This document shows positions 6,950 through 17,252 of a DNA stretch of 64,000 nucleotides, piece by piece. Source of the stretch: a virus. Lineage: Duplodnaviria; Caudoviricetes. A program made the translations under genes and the position numbers. The notes beneath the pieces were generated by a model, which worked only from the letters and a program-made list of their open reading frames with translations, made no database searches and was not told where the DNA came from. Every line of letters starts with the position of its first letter. Position 1 is the first letter of the stretch. The stretch spans positions 154 through 64,153 of the IMG/VR virus record IMGVR_UViG_2799112677_000001. One strand, written 5' to 3'.

Positions 6950-9900
6950 ATCCTTTCGTGTCTGTATTGGTCATATCTCGCCTTTGCAGCGTCGCGGCTC
7001 TGCTGCTTGATCATCGCACGCATCAGCCTGCCGAGTTCGCGCACGTCACGTTGCAGGTCGCGGTAGTCGTTGTTCACCGTCACGTTAGGATGGTAGGCCG
7101 CTTGTATCAGTGGCATGATGTTGGGCAGTGGTAATGCAGCAATCACGTCACCATAGTTCACGGGCGGCTCGTTGGCGATAGTTTCAAGGAACTTCCGGCG
7201 GTCTTCATACACCTTTGCGCCCTCGGGGAGGTAGAGCATAGTGGGGACATCTGGCGTTAACCAGAATTTGCCGTCGCTCTCAACAACCTCGCGCTTGCCG
7301 CCGTCACCGACGATTGCGGGGCCTCCCGGGTGGTACTCCGTGCCTCGCTTGTATGCCTTGATGGGCTGTGCGATGGCCGTGGCAAGCTGTATGGCACCCA
7401 TAGCGGCTACCAGTGCCATGTTTACCCAGTTGGGCGAGGCTTTCATAATGCCGAGGGCGGTGGCGATGGCGATTTGACTGATGTTGTTTGCTTTTTCGGC
7501 CACTGCCTGCTTGTATTCGGCTTTTGCTTTCTTCTTTGCCAGTTCCTCTTCACGCTTGGCGGTGGCGGCTTCGGCCTCACGCTTGCGCAACTCTGCCTCT
7601 TCCTGGGTGATGGCTCCACGCTCGGCAAGTTGTTCGATGTTGGCAATCTGGGCATCGTATTGCGCCTGGTTGGCCTCCTGCTGCTCCTCAATCTTTGCTA
7701 TCTCGCCATCAAAGAGCGTGGTTACCAGGCTTGTGATGTTGCCAATGGCGTCTGTTGCGGCATTCAGCCACTTTTCAGCGTTGGCGATGCGTTTGTCCCT
7801 GGCCTTCTGGTCGGCATCGTTGACGCGCTCTATGGCAGCGATTTCCGCATCAGCCTCAGCGTCGGCGATGTCGATTTGTGCCTCTGCAAGCTGCTTTGCG
7901 AGGTTGAGGGCGTCAGCGTGAGACATTCCCTGCTTTTCGAGCAATGAAACGGCACTATCAATGTCACCGCCATTGACCTGAGCGAGTAAGGCGTCAACCT
8001 GATCTGCAGCAACATTGAGGGCGGTCAGCTGCTTCTTGACGGATTCGAGTTGTGCTTTGGCGGTCTCGATGGCGTACTGCTCTTGCAACTCGGCACTCTT
8101 TCGCTGGTACTTGTCCTTTATGTCGGCAATCTTCTGCTCGTTATTGCCAACGGCGGCAAGTTCCTTTGCCTCCTGCTCTTGCAGGGCGACGAGCTGCTGC
8201 TTGAGGGCATTGTCGCGGATTACCTGCTCGGTAGCGGCGGTCTCTGCGAGTTTCTCCAATCGGCTCTTGTTGTAGGCTTCAAGCAATTCACGCTCCTGCT
8301 TATCGAACTTGTCATTAATGAGTCTTTTATCGGCATCAGTCCTTTCTGCCTCACGCAATTCAGCCTCACGTTGTGCTTTCAGCTGCTGGAGTTTTATATT
8401 TTTCTCTTCCTCGCTGCCTTCCTTGACCGATGCAAGGTGATTGGCGAGGTTGGTTTCATCTTTCTTCTTTTGGTAGTTGTATTCAGCCTCAGCCAGTGCG
8501 TGCTGCATTGCGGTCTGCAATTCAATACGGGCAACTCTCTCCTTTTCGCCATCGCCCTTGATGGCGTTGATCTTCTTCAACCATTGTAGTTTGATGTTGG
8601 CCATCTCCTTCTCGTGGTAGTTGGTCATCAATTCCATCCTTGCCTCAAGGCTTGCCTCCTCTGCCTTTAGGTCTTGCTGGCGCCGCTTTTCGGCTTCCTT
8701 TTCGGCCTCCTTGCGGGCTTTCTCGGCTTCTGGGTCTTTTGCATGGGTGGGATTTGCAACCTCCTTTCCTGAACCGCTTCCGGTTCCGTAACCATCGTCA
8801 GTATTGGCTCCGCTAACACTATTGACATCTATGTAGTCGATGTGGCCACGGGCGGTACTGTTGAAACCATCCGTAAAAGCTTGGCCAATGTTTTCACCAG
8901 CAGCCCGAATGTCTCCAATGCCCTCTTTGATATACTTCGCCATACTTGACGTAATATCCTTCCATCCCTGCTTAATCTTATCCGAATCAAAAGTGATGAT
9001 GCCCTCAATTATATCACCAAACGCCTTGATTTGTCGGCCAACATTCTTGAATGCGTCAATGATGAGGTTGCACACCAACTTGACAACCTCCCACATGACC
9101 TTGAATTGCGTAATGATATTGTTGACGGCTGCACGCAACAGCAAGCTCTCGTTATACCAGTCAATGAAATAGTTGATGGCTCTAACAACCCACTTGATTG
9201 CATTGATGAGTCCCTGCTGGATCCATATCTTAGCGTTGGTTGTCATCCTGGAAAATCCGCCATTGCCCATCTCGAACAGGGAGGCAACGACATTGTTTAA
9301 CTCGGTCTGCGTTTCGACCTCCTTGACTTTAAGCCTCTGCAGACTATCCTCTGCACCCAACAAGTCCTCGGTGCCTGCCTTTGCATCTGCCAGGAATGCA
9401 ATGAACTCAGTGCCGATTTGGCTTTCACCGCGTGCACCGAAAAGCTCTTTCATCACAGCGGCAGTCTCACGACTGTTGGTGCCTGTCTCTTGCAGCTTTT
9501 GGGCAATTTCCTGCATGGCCTCGACAACGCTCTTTTTGCCCTTCTGGATGTCGGTTGACATCTGAGTGGCATCAATGCCGATGGCCTTGAGGCTGTTTGC
9601 GGTGCTGATATTCATCGTGCGCAACTGCATGGAGGCCTTGCCCATCGCAGTCATGGACTTGCTCGTATCTGCACCGGCCTTCTCGATTTGCCCAGCAAAC
9701 GCCACGAACTGATCTGCAGACAGTCCCATCTTTTCCATCGTTGGGGCGAAACGCTGCAAGATGTTGAGATAGTTTTCGCTGTTCACGCCGCCAGCGGCAA
9801 ATCCCTTGTTGATGAGGTCGAGCGCTTCGTCGGCGGTGACGCCCATGTTATGGCTGATGGCCGTCGCTGCTTTGAGCGTCTGGGTGAAGTCCTTGCCGTA

Positions 9901-11241
9901 GGTATCTGCAACGGCCTGCGCCTTGTCGCGGACAGCACTCATGGCATCTCCAGTCAATCCGGTGAAGAATTTCGTTTGACGGCTTGCTTCCAACAGTCCC
10001 TTGTTGTAGTCATACCACCACTTGAAGCCAGCGGCCACACCAGCGATGCCGAGGAAAGCGAGCATATACGGATTAGACAGCAATCCTAACGCTGTCTGGC
10101 CGAATGCCTTGACTTTTGTTGTCAAGCCAGTGAGCACATTCCCTCCGTTTGAGGCGTTGGCCGCAAGTGACGTGAACGAGCTGCCGAGGTTGGAATTGAT
10201 ACCTGCAATCCTCATCATCTGATCAACGAGTCCAGTGCTGGCCTTTTGGTTCTCGCGCATGACTTTCTCGTTCTGCTCAATCTTTTTGGTGAGCTGGTCT
10301 ATCTGGTCCTTTGCGTTGGGGGCGGCTGACTGGATGCGCTGCAAAGCGTCTCGCAGTACGACGTTCTGCTCTGCAGCCTCCTTCGATGACTTGGCCTCGG
10401 TTTCGAGTGCTCGCTGCAAGGCGCCAGTGTCCTTTACTCCTGCCTGGGCGGCGATGGCGTAATTGCCGACATTCCTTTGAAACTCTCCCATATCGGAGGC
10501 AAGGTCTTTCAGCCTGGCATCCAATTCGCCGATATTCGTCAAAAGCTGCTGGCCTTCGGCACTGTTCTTTTGCTCTTCGCTCATGTCCTTGTAGGCCATC
10601 TTCATGCGTTCAAGCTCAAGAGAGAGCTGCTTGTAGCTGCCCTCGGTGGCCTGGTTTGCCTTTTCCTCATTGTTGACGATTTTCTGCAATTCGCCCTTCT
10701 CAATCTTCAGCTCCACTGACTTCTTTTTGAGTTCAGTGAGTTGTGCGATGGCAGCTTCATGGGTTATGTTGTTGTCCTTTTCGGCCTTCTCCACTTCACG
10801 CATCTGGGCACTCAGTGACTTCAGTTCCTGCTCCACCTCGACGAGGCGTGTCACATTGGAACTCATCGTGCCGAGTTGGGCGTCAGTGGCGTTTTTCCAG
10901 TCAGTCGTCACCTTTGCCGCCTCCCGGTACTGGCGGTTGATTTTTTCCTGCTCAGCCAACGCCCTCGATATGGTATTGGTGGTGTTTCCTAATGCGGTGT
11001 TCAGCTTCGTGGCGGCTCCCTGCATCTGGCTGCTCGCCTGAACCAGTTCACGGGACTGCACCTTAATGAGCGCGTCAAGCCTCTCAACGTCGCCGATGAC
11101 TGAAACCTTTATATTAACACCAGCGATCATCTCTTTGCAAATCTTTACATATCTGGACTTGACGGACTCCATCGTGTTCATGAATTCCGTCAACTGCTGC
11201 TTGGCCTCAGGGGCCACAAGGTCATCTATCTTAATACCCAT
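6946..11241 (-). CDS. Tail tape measure protein (1431 aa)
   Basis: Very long Ala/Glu/Lys/Gln-rich helical protein with hydrophobic segments, in the tail module. Confidence 0.9.
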   Translation of the reverse strand: MGIKIDDLVAPEAKQQLTEFMNTMESVKSRYVKICKEMIAGVNIKVSVIGDVERLDALIKVQSRELVQASSQMQGAATKLNTALGNTTNTISRALAEQEKINRQYREAAKVTTDWKNATDAQLGTMSSNVTRLVEVEQELKSLSAQMREVEKAEKDNNITHEAAIAQLTELKKKSVELKIEKGELQKIVNNEEKANQATEGSYKQLSLELERMKMAYKDMSEEQKNSAEGQQLLTNIGELDARLKDLASDMGEFQRNVGNYAIAAQAGVKDTGALQRALETEAKSSKEAAEQNVVLRDALQRIQSAAPNAKDQIDQLTKKIEQNEKVMRENQKASTGLVDQMMRIAGINSNLGSSFTSLAANASNGGNVLTGLTTKVKAFGQTALGLLSNPYMLAFLGIAGVAAGFKWWYDYNKGLLEASRQTKFFTGLTGDAMSAVRDKAQAVADTYGKDFTQTLKAATAISHNMGVTADEALDLINKGFAAGGVNSENYLNILQRFAPTMEKMGLSADQFVAFAGQIEKAGADTSKSMTAMGKASMQLRTMNISTANSLKAIGIDATQMSTDIQKGKKSVVEAMQEIAQKLQETGTNSRETAAVMKELFGARGESQIGTEFIAFLADAKAGTEDLLGAEDSLQRLKVKEVETQTELNNVVASLFEMGNGGFSRMTTNAKIWIQQGLINAIKWVVRAINYFIDWYNESLLLRAAVNNIITQFKVMWEVVKLVCNLIIDAFKNVGRQIKAFGDIIEGIITFDSDKIKQGWKDITSSMAKYIKEGIGDIRAAGENIGQAFTDGFNSTARGHIDYIDVNSVSGANTDDGYGTGSGSGKEVANPTHAKDPEAEKARKEAEKEAEKRRQQDLKAEEASLEARMELMTNYHEKEMANIKLQWLKKINAIKGDGEKERVARIELQTAMQHALAEAEYNYQKKKDETNLANHLASVKEGSEEEKNIKLQQLKAQREAELREAERTDADKRLINDKFDKQERELLEAYNKSRLEKLAETAATEQVIRDNALKQQLVALQEQEAKELAAVGNNEQKIADIKDKYQRKSAELQEQYAIETAKAQLESVKKQLTALNVAADQVDALLAQVNGGDIDSAVSLLEKQGMSHADALNLAKQLAEAQIDIADAEADAEIAAIERVNDADQKARDKRIANAEKWLNAATDAIGNITSLVTTLFDGEIAKIEEQQEANQAQYDAQIANIEQLAERGAITQEEAELRKREAEAATAKREEELAKKKAKAEYKQAVAEKANNISQIAIATALGIMKASPNWVNMALVAAMGAIQLATAIAQPIKAYKRGTEYHPGGPAIVGDGGKREVVESDGKFWLTPDVPTMLYLPEGAKVYEDRRKFLETIANEPPVNYGDVIAALPLPNIMPLIQAAYHPNVTVNNDYRDLQRDVRELGRLMRAMIKQQSRDAAKARYDQYRHERI

Positions 11242-11253
11242 AACGCTATATTT

Positions 11254-11451
11254 TTAGAGATAGTGTACATACTCTATAATCTTACCGCTGCCGCCAGTAC
11301 CGCGGCAGTTGAATGAATAGGTGCCGTCATCCCTCAACCGCATCTCCATGATGCACTCGTTGAGGATGGCGGCTTTCTTGGCAAGCGACTTCATTCGCTC
11401 GTACTCGCTCGCCCTTTGTTTGTTCTCGCACCAACAGCTCATAACCCGCAC
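11254..11451 (-). CDS. Hypothetical protein (65 aa)
   Basis: Fills the gap in the tail operon. Confidence 0.6.
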   Translation of the reverse strand: MRVMSCWCENKQRASEYERMKSLAKKAAILNECIMEMRLRDDGTYSFNCRGTGGSGKIIEYVHYL

Positions 11452-11957
11452 TCGTCAAAGAATTCCTGCAAATGTGGCAGGAGGTACTTTTCGTTGAAAT
11501 ACTCTACAGCGGTGCCGCAGATGTCGAACAACTCGTCACCGTATTTGCCGAGGATGCTCGGACCGTCACCGCTCTCCATTACCCTAATCTCTATCTGCTT
11601 ATCACCGCTCACCGAATAAATCTCGCTGTAGAACTTGCCGTTGATGAACAGGTTCGGAACGTCATACGGACGCGGGGGCAATCCAAGGAGTGTGCTCGAC
11701 ACTGGAGGCGTTATTTCACCCTTCCAGGCCTTGTAACGCTCGCTGCCGTGGAACCACATGCCGGGCTCTTCAAAGAACGGGTCATCGTCATACGACGGGG
11801 TGATGTAAGTGCCGTCACCTTTAAGACCGCTGTACATCTGCTCGGTGATGAGATGCACAAACACGCCCTGATTGCCTTCCATGCACTCAAGGCACTTACC
11901 ATCAAATCCATCTACCCAGCGCTTGACGGCATCGCAAACCTCATCTAACGTAGCCAT
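11439..11957 (-). CDS. Putative tail completion/neck protein (172 aa)
   Basis: Position in the tail operon; function inferred from synteny only. Confidence 0.6.
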   Translation of the reverse strand: MATLDEVCDAVKRWVDGFDGKCLECMEGNQGVFVHLITEQMYSGLKGDGTYITPSYDDDPFFEEPGMWFHGSERYKAWKGEITPPVSSTLLGLPPRPYDVPNLFINGKFYSEIYSVSGDKQIEIRVMESGDGPSILGKYGDELFDICGTAVEYFNEKYLLPHLQEFFDECGL

Positions 11958-11974
11958 AAGAGTAATCTATAAAA

Positions 11975-12006
11975 TTGGGCGGTGCAATCCGCATCACACC
12001 GCCCAA
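11975..12006 (-). terminator. Hairpin downstream of the major tail protein genes
   Basis: 10-bp perfect inverted repeat TTGGGCGGTG/CACCGCCCAA followed by TTTTAT on the minus strand. Confidence 0.65.
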
Positions 12007-12023
12007 CGGTCGTAGGTAACTGT

Positions 12024-12215
12024 TTAATTCCCTTTCGGGGGTTTCTTCTTGCCCTGCTTGGGTGGGCACATCATATCGTACGCGTCGGCAAGGATTTTCC
12101 TGCGATCCTCAATCGGCCTGTCAAGCCAGAAGACTTCGGAAAACTCAGAGATGAAGTTTTCCTTTCCCATCGGGACGCAGGCCGACTCGACGAAATTGAC
12201 TCCCTCGACAATCAT
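12024..12215 (-). CDS. Hypothetical protein (63 aa)
   Basis: 4-nt overlap with the upstream gene. Confidence 0.65.
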   Translation of the reverse strand: MIVEGVNFVESACVPMGKENFISEFSEVFWLDRPIEDRRKILADAYDMMCPPKQGKKKPPKGN

Positions 12216-13060
12216 GGCGTGATACCTTCAATGCCGGCGTCATAGAGCGCAGACGGAGCCTTCAGCGCGGGAGTCGCTCCGTTGCTGACAGTCAGCGTCA
12301 TTGTCTCTGTAGCATCATCGTAGGTCGCAGCGCTGATGCCGCTAAGCACGGACGTCGCGTTGGTAGTGATGACTGCCGCGTACTTCGAGGTCAGGTCAAG
12401 GCCGCCGACCTTCTCGACGATCTTGTACTTGTTAGTGCCGGTATTCACCAGTTCGACCTCGGTAAGGCTCATGAGGGCATCATTCACGTTGAAGTCAAGC
12501 TCAACGAAATCGAATTCCTCAACGGCATCGCGGGCGTTCTTGAACGCGAACGACACGGTGAGTGTGGCCGGGTTGCTGCTCGTGGGATGAGGCGTGGCGT
12601 TGCCGTAAAGCGTGGTGATGGGGAAACCACGGAGGTTGTCGCCAACACGACGGCCATAGACAACATCGTTCTCATCGACATAGAACACCTCGAAAGGCAA
12701 GTTCATCGCCTTGCTCAACGACGCGGCAAGGTCGGGATAGTACTTGTCGAGGGTGAAGGTGTCGGTACGTGCGCTGATGCTGTTGACCTGCACACCGCCC
12801 CAGCCCTGACCGCTCGCCTGGGCCTCGCCGCCTTCCTTGGCGTACTCAACAAACGTCATGATGGGCATCAGCCTATTGGGACGGTCTGCATGGCAGGCCT
12901 CCCTGATGGACGATGCGGTGGCGTCCGTGGGCCAGTTCATGCCAACCTCAACGACAATCGCAGCTACGATGTGCGAGAGGTCGAGCGGACACTGCGACTT
13001 GCCGGTGTTCAGCAAACCGCGTTTGCAATTACGAATGTTTCTCATCTTCTTCGTTGACAA
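12212..13060 (-). CDS. Putative major tail protein (282 aa)
   Basis: Size, beta-rich composition, C-terminal Ig-like-looking segment, position after the head-tail genes. Confidence 0.6.
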   Translation of the reverse strand: MSTKKMRNIRNCKRGLLNTGKSQCPLDLSHIVAAIVVEVGMNWPTDATASSIREACHADRPNRLMPIMTFVEYAKEGGEAQASGQGWGGVQVNSISARTDTFTLDKYYPDLAASLSKAMNLPFEVFYVDENDVVYGRRVGDNLRGFPITTLYGNATPHPTSSNPATLTVSFAFKNARDAVEEFDFVELDFNVNDALMSLTEVELVNTGTNKYKIVEKVGGLDLTSKYAAVITTNATSVLSGISAATYDDATETMTLTVSNGATPALKAPSALYDAGIEGITP

Positions 13061-13650
13061 TTATTGATGTTAACTTTTAACTGTAAGTTCATGATGTTGA
13101 TGGCGTCTATGGGCTCACTGACGGCGTTGCCCGCCGTGTCGATGTAAGCGCCATATCGGCCATAGGAGTAGTTTTCAGAGTACTCATGCGGTATCTTCCT
13201 GCCGTAGCCCCAGTAGAGGCGGTGGTCTCGCTCCAGCGCCTCCATCAGCCGATCGTAAATCGGCCTCAGGATGTGCTTGAACGAATAAACCTCACGCTGT
13301 TCGTTGCTCCACTCCTTGACGCTTGAGCACGCTATCAACAGTGACACGTTGGCCTTGGTGTATAGCTGGTGCGTATCGGGGTCTTCCTGGTTGCGTTTCT
13401 CCTTGACTGGAGCAAACAGGCAGACCGCCGGGAATTTCCTGTCACTCGTCACCTCCGCCTTTGTCTTGTCATCAAGATCGTCCTTGAAGTATCGGGCATT
13501 TCCGAAAACGTAGGACAATTCAGGATTGGTGACTTCGACAAAGGACGTGGGGACGGTGGCAGGGTCAAGCACCTCGGGAACGGTGATTACCAGACCCTCG
13601 GAGGCACGCGCTACCACATCGCGGATAATGTCAACAATCTCGCTGCTCAT
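13042..13650 (-). CDS. Putative tail terminator/head-tail joining protein (202 aa)
   Basis: Synteny between the adaptor and major tail genes. Confidence 0.55.
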   Translation of the reverse strand: MSSEIVDIIRDVVARASEGLVITVPEVLDPATVPTSFVEVTNPELSYVFGNARYFKDDLDDKTKAEVTSDRKFPAVCLFAPVKEKRNQEDPDTHQLYTKANVSLLIACSSVKEWSNEQREVYSFKHILRPIYDRLMEALERDHRLYWGYGRKIPHEYSENYSYGRYGAYIDTAGNAVSEPIDAINIMNLQLKVNINNCQRRR

Positions 13651-14171
13651 AGGTTGAAAGGATTGATGCGTTTGGTCATGTTGTCAGATACCTCGACAAG
13701 GCAGTATGGCGCCGCGGACTGCAACGCCGCCCATGCCTTGAAGCGGGTGTTTCTTTTCACCATTTCATTCCAGATTGCCACTTGACGGCTGATGGGCGAC
13801 ACCGTTTCATTCTCGTTCTTCCAGATCACGAGGCCGCGGTCGGTGGCCTGCGTGTTGGAATCGCGGAGGATGTAAAAGAATACGTAGTCGGCGAACGACT
13901 CGCGCAGCTTTTCCAGCAGCACCTCGTAGTCGGCGTTGACGGTAAAATCATGGTTCTCTTTTTCGGCCAGCTCCTTGTCTGCCAAGTAACCGTTAAGCGC
14001 GACGGCCATGGTGTCACCTACCACCTCGCAGAGGAAAGCGAGCTGGTAGTGCTCGACATAACCCATAATTGCCCTGTTGACGCTTAACGAGTTCTGTGCA
14101 GGCGTGGCAGCGTCCGAGGCGTTCATTATGTGCCTCGGGCCTTTGGTGAAATATGAAACATCAATAAGCAT
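13647..14171 (-). CDS. Putative head-tail adaptor (174 aa)
   Basis: Synteny after the capsid gene. Confidence 0.55.
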   Translation of the reverse strand: MLIDVSYFTKGPRHIMNASDAATPAQNSLSVNRAIMGYVEHYQLAFLCEVVGDTMAVALNGYLADKELAEKENHDFTVNADYEVLLEKLRESFADYVFFYILRDSNTQATDRGLVIWKNENETVSPISRQVAIWNEMVKRNTRFKAWAALQSAAPYCLVEVSDNMTKRINPFNL

Positions 14172-14179
14172 GGTTACTC

Positions 14180-14584
14180 TTACTTATTAGCGCTTTTCTT
14201 TGACTTCTTGGGCGTTTTATCAGCGTTGGATTGAGCGTCCTTACTGTCGTCATTGGCAGTAACGTCCTTGCTGTCGTCCTCGGGATCTGCATCCTTGGCG
14301 TCCTGCTTTGGAGCGGACTCCTTGTCATCGTCGCCGTTGACGGTCTTGTCATCGGTAACGGGGACTTCGGGAACCTCGGGAGCGGGCTCCTGCTGTTGCT
14401 GTTCCTGCTCGGATTGCTCCTGCTCCTGATTTTGTTCCTCTTCGGGCGCACCGGGAGCGGGCTCCTGCTCGGGAGCAGCCTCATCGTAGGGAGTGACTTC
14501 GAGGTCACCCCTACTGATGCGGATGCGGTTCTCGCGAAGTACCTTATCTACGGCTTTGCCTGAGATGATATACTTCTTGCACAT
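14180..14584 (-). CDS. Small head-associated protein with acidic low-complexity tail (134 aa)
   Basis: E/Q/D/P-rich C-terminus; GGGAGCGGGCTCCTGCT occurs twice. Confidence 0.65.
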   Translation of the reverse strand: MCKKYIISGKAVDKVLRENRIRISRGDLEVTPYDEAAPEQEPAPGAPEEEQNQEQEQSEQEQQQQEPAPEVPEVPVTDDKTVNGDDDKESAPKQDAKDADPEDDSKDVTANDDSKDAQSNADKTPKKSKKSANK

Positions 14585-14587
14585 GGA

Positions 14588-16138
14588 TTAGGCAGCTTTG
14601 GTGATTGCGGTCTTCAACGCGGCTACGCTGCCATAGGCGAACGCCCAAGGACAGTAAACGGGCATCATCAGCTCCATCTGGGCGATGCAAACGGTCTGGT
14701 TCTTCAGCTTCTCGGTCACACCTTCAGCGAACTCGATGTTCAGTGCGGTGTAGGTGACGAGGTTCACGCCATTGCGGAAGTCACCGAGGAAATACTTCCC
14801 GGTGGGGATGGCGTTGGTGCTGATGACAGGAACACCGCCGACGGTGAGATTACCGAAAGCGTCACGCACGAAGTCGAGGCGACGGCCGGTAGTGTCCTTC
14901 TCGGTCTGCATCTGGAAGAGCGTGATGGGGTTCATCAGAATGGCCGTGGGAGTGAACTCGCCATAGGTCATAACGGCAACGGCGGCCTCCAAAGCGTCTT
15001 GGCCGTTGGGATCCTCAACGCTCTTGAACGCGCTGTGGTTCAGCGTGAACGAAATCAGCTCGGGATGAGCCTCCTCGGCGTAGGCGATGCCGTCGATGAT
15101 GAGGCGGGTGTCGGTCTCCTTGATCACCTCGAAGGTCTTGCCGTTAAGGGCGGTCTTGTTGGTGATGGTGTTGTCACTTGCGGTGAAGGTAATCTGCATA
15201 CCGTCGCGCATAATGTCAACTGGACCATTGAGCACAATCACGATGCCGGTGCCGTTGGCGCGGCTCTCGATGCCGGCAACGCTACCTGCAGCGCCAGTGT
15301 AGATGGCGGTGCCAATGATGTTCTCAACGGGGAGTACACCCTCATAGCGGGTGATGCCAGTGGGATTGTCACCAGTGCCGTCACCGAACAGGATCTGCGC
15401 GTCCATAGCGTTGTAAACAGCCTCAGGCATGAGGTTGAGGATGAATGAGCGGACGTAGGCACGGCTCTTCATCATACGCTTGGAGATGCGGATGTAGTGG
15501 CCGACGCGGTTAACGCCTGCAGTCACCTCCTTCACCTTGAACGAGCTCTCGGGCAGCATGCCGTTCTCAGCGACATAGCGGGCGTTGCGGTCCACGTGGT
15601 AAATCTGCGTGTAGGCAATGCTCAGGTGCTCGGGCTCGATATCAAGCGTGGTGATGACATCCTTGAGGTGCTGCTTGTTGTGGCCCACCTGCGAAACGAT
15701 GCGGTCACTCTGCTGGGCGATAAGGATGTTACCCTGGTAGTCGTTGGTCATGCTCACATCCTTCATGGTGAGGTTGGTGAAGCGACCAGTGGACTTGCAG
15801 CGGTTGGCAATGAAGTCCTTGTACTGCTCACTCTCCATCATCTCATCGACCTTATTGGCGAAGTCGTTGATCTGGTCGTTGGTGAAGCCGATTGACTTCA
15901 TCTTGGCGATGTTCTCGCCGAGGGTCTTCACCTGATCGGCAAGGGCGGCGACGTCGTCATTCTTCTTGCCGAACTTCTCCTCATAGCCCTTGAGCAGATC
16001 TTCGACCTGCTCCTTGACCTTGTCGGGGGTGATGAAACCCTTTACAGCCTCATTCACGATGGCGTTCATCTTGGTCTCAAGCTGAGCCATGAATGCCTTC
16101 TGCTGGGCTTCAAGTTCTTTCTTCTGTTCTTCAGTCAT
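14588..16138 (-). CDS. Major capsid protein, HK97 fold (516 aa from MTEEQKK)
   Basis: Coiled-coil delta-domain N-terminus; YVAENGMLPESS, QILFGDGTGDNPTGI and ILMNP...KDTTGR motifs. Confidence 0.92.
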   Translation of the reverse strand: MTEEQKKELEAQQKAFMAQLETKMNAIVNEAVKGFITPDKVKEQVEDLLKGYEEKFGKKNDDVAALADQVKTLGENIAKMKSIGFTNDQINDFANKVDEMMESEQYKDFIANRCKSTGRFTNLTMKDVSMTNDYQGNILIAQQSDRIVSQVGHNKQHLKDVITTLDIEPEHLSIAYTQIYHVDRNARYVAENGMLPESSFKVKEVTAGVNRVGHYIRISKRMMKSRAYVRSFILNLMPEAVYNAMDAQILFGDGTGDNPTGITRYEGVLPVENIIGTAIYTGAAGSVAGIESRANGTGIVIVLNGPVDIMRDGMQITFTASDNTITNKTALNGKTFEVIKETDTRLIIDGIAYAEEAHPELISFTLNHSAFKSVEDPNGQDALEAAVAVMTYGEFTPTAILMNPITLFQMQTEKDTTGRRLDFVRDAFGNLTVGGVPVISTNAIPTGKYFLGDFRNGVNLVTYTALNIEFAEGVTEKLKNQTVCIAQMELMMPVYCPWAFAYGSVAALKTAITKAA

Positions 16139-16175
16139 TGTCTTCTGATTTTGAAAGGTTACTAAAAATAATCTA

Positions 16176-17252
16176 TCACTTTGGAAGACCTTCCCAAAAC
16201 GGCAGAGTGCCATCATCGGCGGCTCCTTTGTTCTCGACGTCGTGTTCTTCGTCCTTCGGAGTGTCGATTGACGGCTCCTCGGACTTTCCATCTCCGCCGG
16301 GGGTGTCTTGCAATAGTTTGTTGGCTTGGTAAACTTTGCCCCAGCAATGGGGGCAGCGGACGTAGTTGGTGAAATCCTCCAGGGACTTCTCGGTGATGTT
16401 CTCGACACCGCCCTCCTTGGAGAGCACGGCGTCGATGATGGCAATCACCTCGGCACGGATTTCGGGTTCCATCTCCTGCACGCGCTCGGCAACGATGTCC
16501 TGACGCAGCCAGCCGATATACATGCCGGCGTTCTCGATCACCTGCTGCTGGAACGTGTGCAGCTGCTCATCGTCAAAGTCAAACTGGTGGCCGCAATAGG
16601 GGCAGGTGACGATGTTCCCGCCATTCAGGGCCTTCAACATTAATGTCAAGTCCATATCGAATTTCCTGCTTAACTGGTCGGTGAGATTGCACTTGGTCAA
16701 GGCCTGTCGCATGTACTCAACGGCATGGCGCACCTGCTCGTCGGTGGCGCTCTTGATGTCCACAAGGAACGTCGAGGGGTTGGCACCCCAACCCATGAGG
16801 GTGGAGTATTCATACAGACGCCACTCAAGCACCTTTGCGGGGTTTTCCTCGTCACGCTTGACGGCAGTCACGCCGATGGAGTGCTCCATCTCGTGGCCGC
16901 ACTCCGCATTCAGCTTGTAGAGCTCCAGCACGTCATGTCCCAGCGAGGTGTTCTTGGCAATCCTGCCGGTCATGACAAGGTGAGTGTCGGTCTCGTGACC
17001 TTCAACGGGCACGCCAATCTGCTTGTGCACGTCATGGTCGAGGAACCACTTCAGGCGCTTGAAGCCTTCCTGTAACGTCTTTTTGAACGAGCCGGGGACG
17101 CTGATGTCGCCCTGGGCGTCGATGATGTTGAATCCGTTGACCGCAACAGTTACAAGTCCTTCCTGCTCGTCAACATCCTTTGCCTTGATGCCGTACCACT
17201 TACTCTTGTACGACATTTCCTTCTTCGGGTTCTGGTTGTTGTTCTTTCCCAT
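16176..17252 (-). CDS. HK97-type prohead protease with C-terminal CxxC...CxxC extension (start 17252 or 17216)
   Basis: IDAQGDISVPGSF...LDHD...IGVP, HSIG and LYEYSTL motifs of peptidase S78/U35. Confidence 0.9.
   Translation of the reverse strand: MGKNNNQNPKKEMSYKSKWYGIKAKDVDEQEGLVTVAVNGFNIIDAQGDISVPGSFKKTLQEGFKRLKWFLDHDVHKQIGVPVEGHETDTHLVMTGRIAKNTSLGHDVLELYKLNAECGHEMEHSIGVTAVKRDEENPAKVLEWRLYEYSTLMGWGANPSTFLVDIKSATDEQVRHAVEYMRQALTKCNLTDQLSRKFDMDLTLMLKALNGGNIVTCPYCGHQFDFDDEQLHTFQQQVIENAGMYIGWLRQDIVAERVQEMEPEIRAEVIAIIDAVLSKEGGVENITEKSLEDFTNYVRCPHCWGKVYQANKLLQDTPGGDGKSEEPSIDTPKDEEHDVENKGAADDGTLPFWEGLPK

Noticed and set aside
11957-12215. Programmed -1 frameshift of tail assembly chaperones
   Set aside because: No convincing X XXY YYZ slippery heptamer at the end of the 63-aa ORF, and a terminator-like hairpin follows it
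16139-16444. 618-aa version of the capsid ORF and other extended starts in the ORF track (4026, 23932, 35690, 37392, 42023, 49495, 54317)
   Set aside because: The extensions overlap upstream genes or promoters and are low-complexity; internal ATGs with A-rich leaders are more plausible
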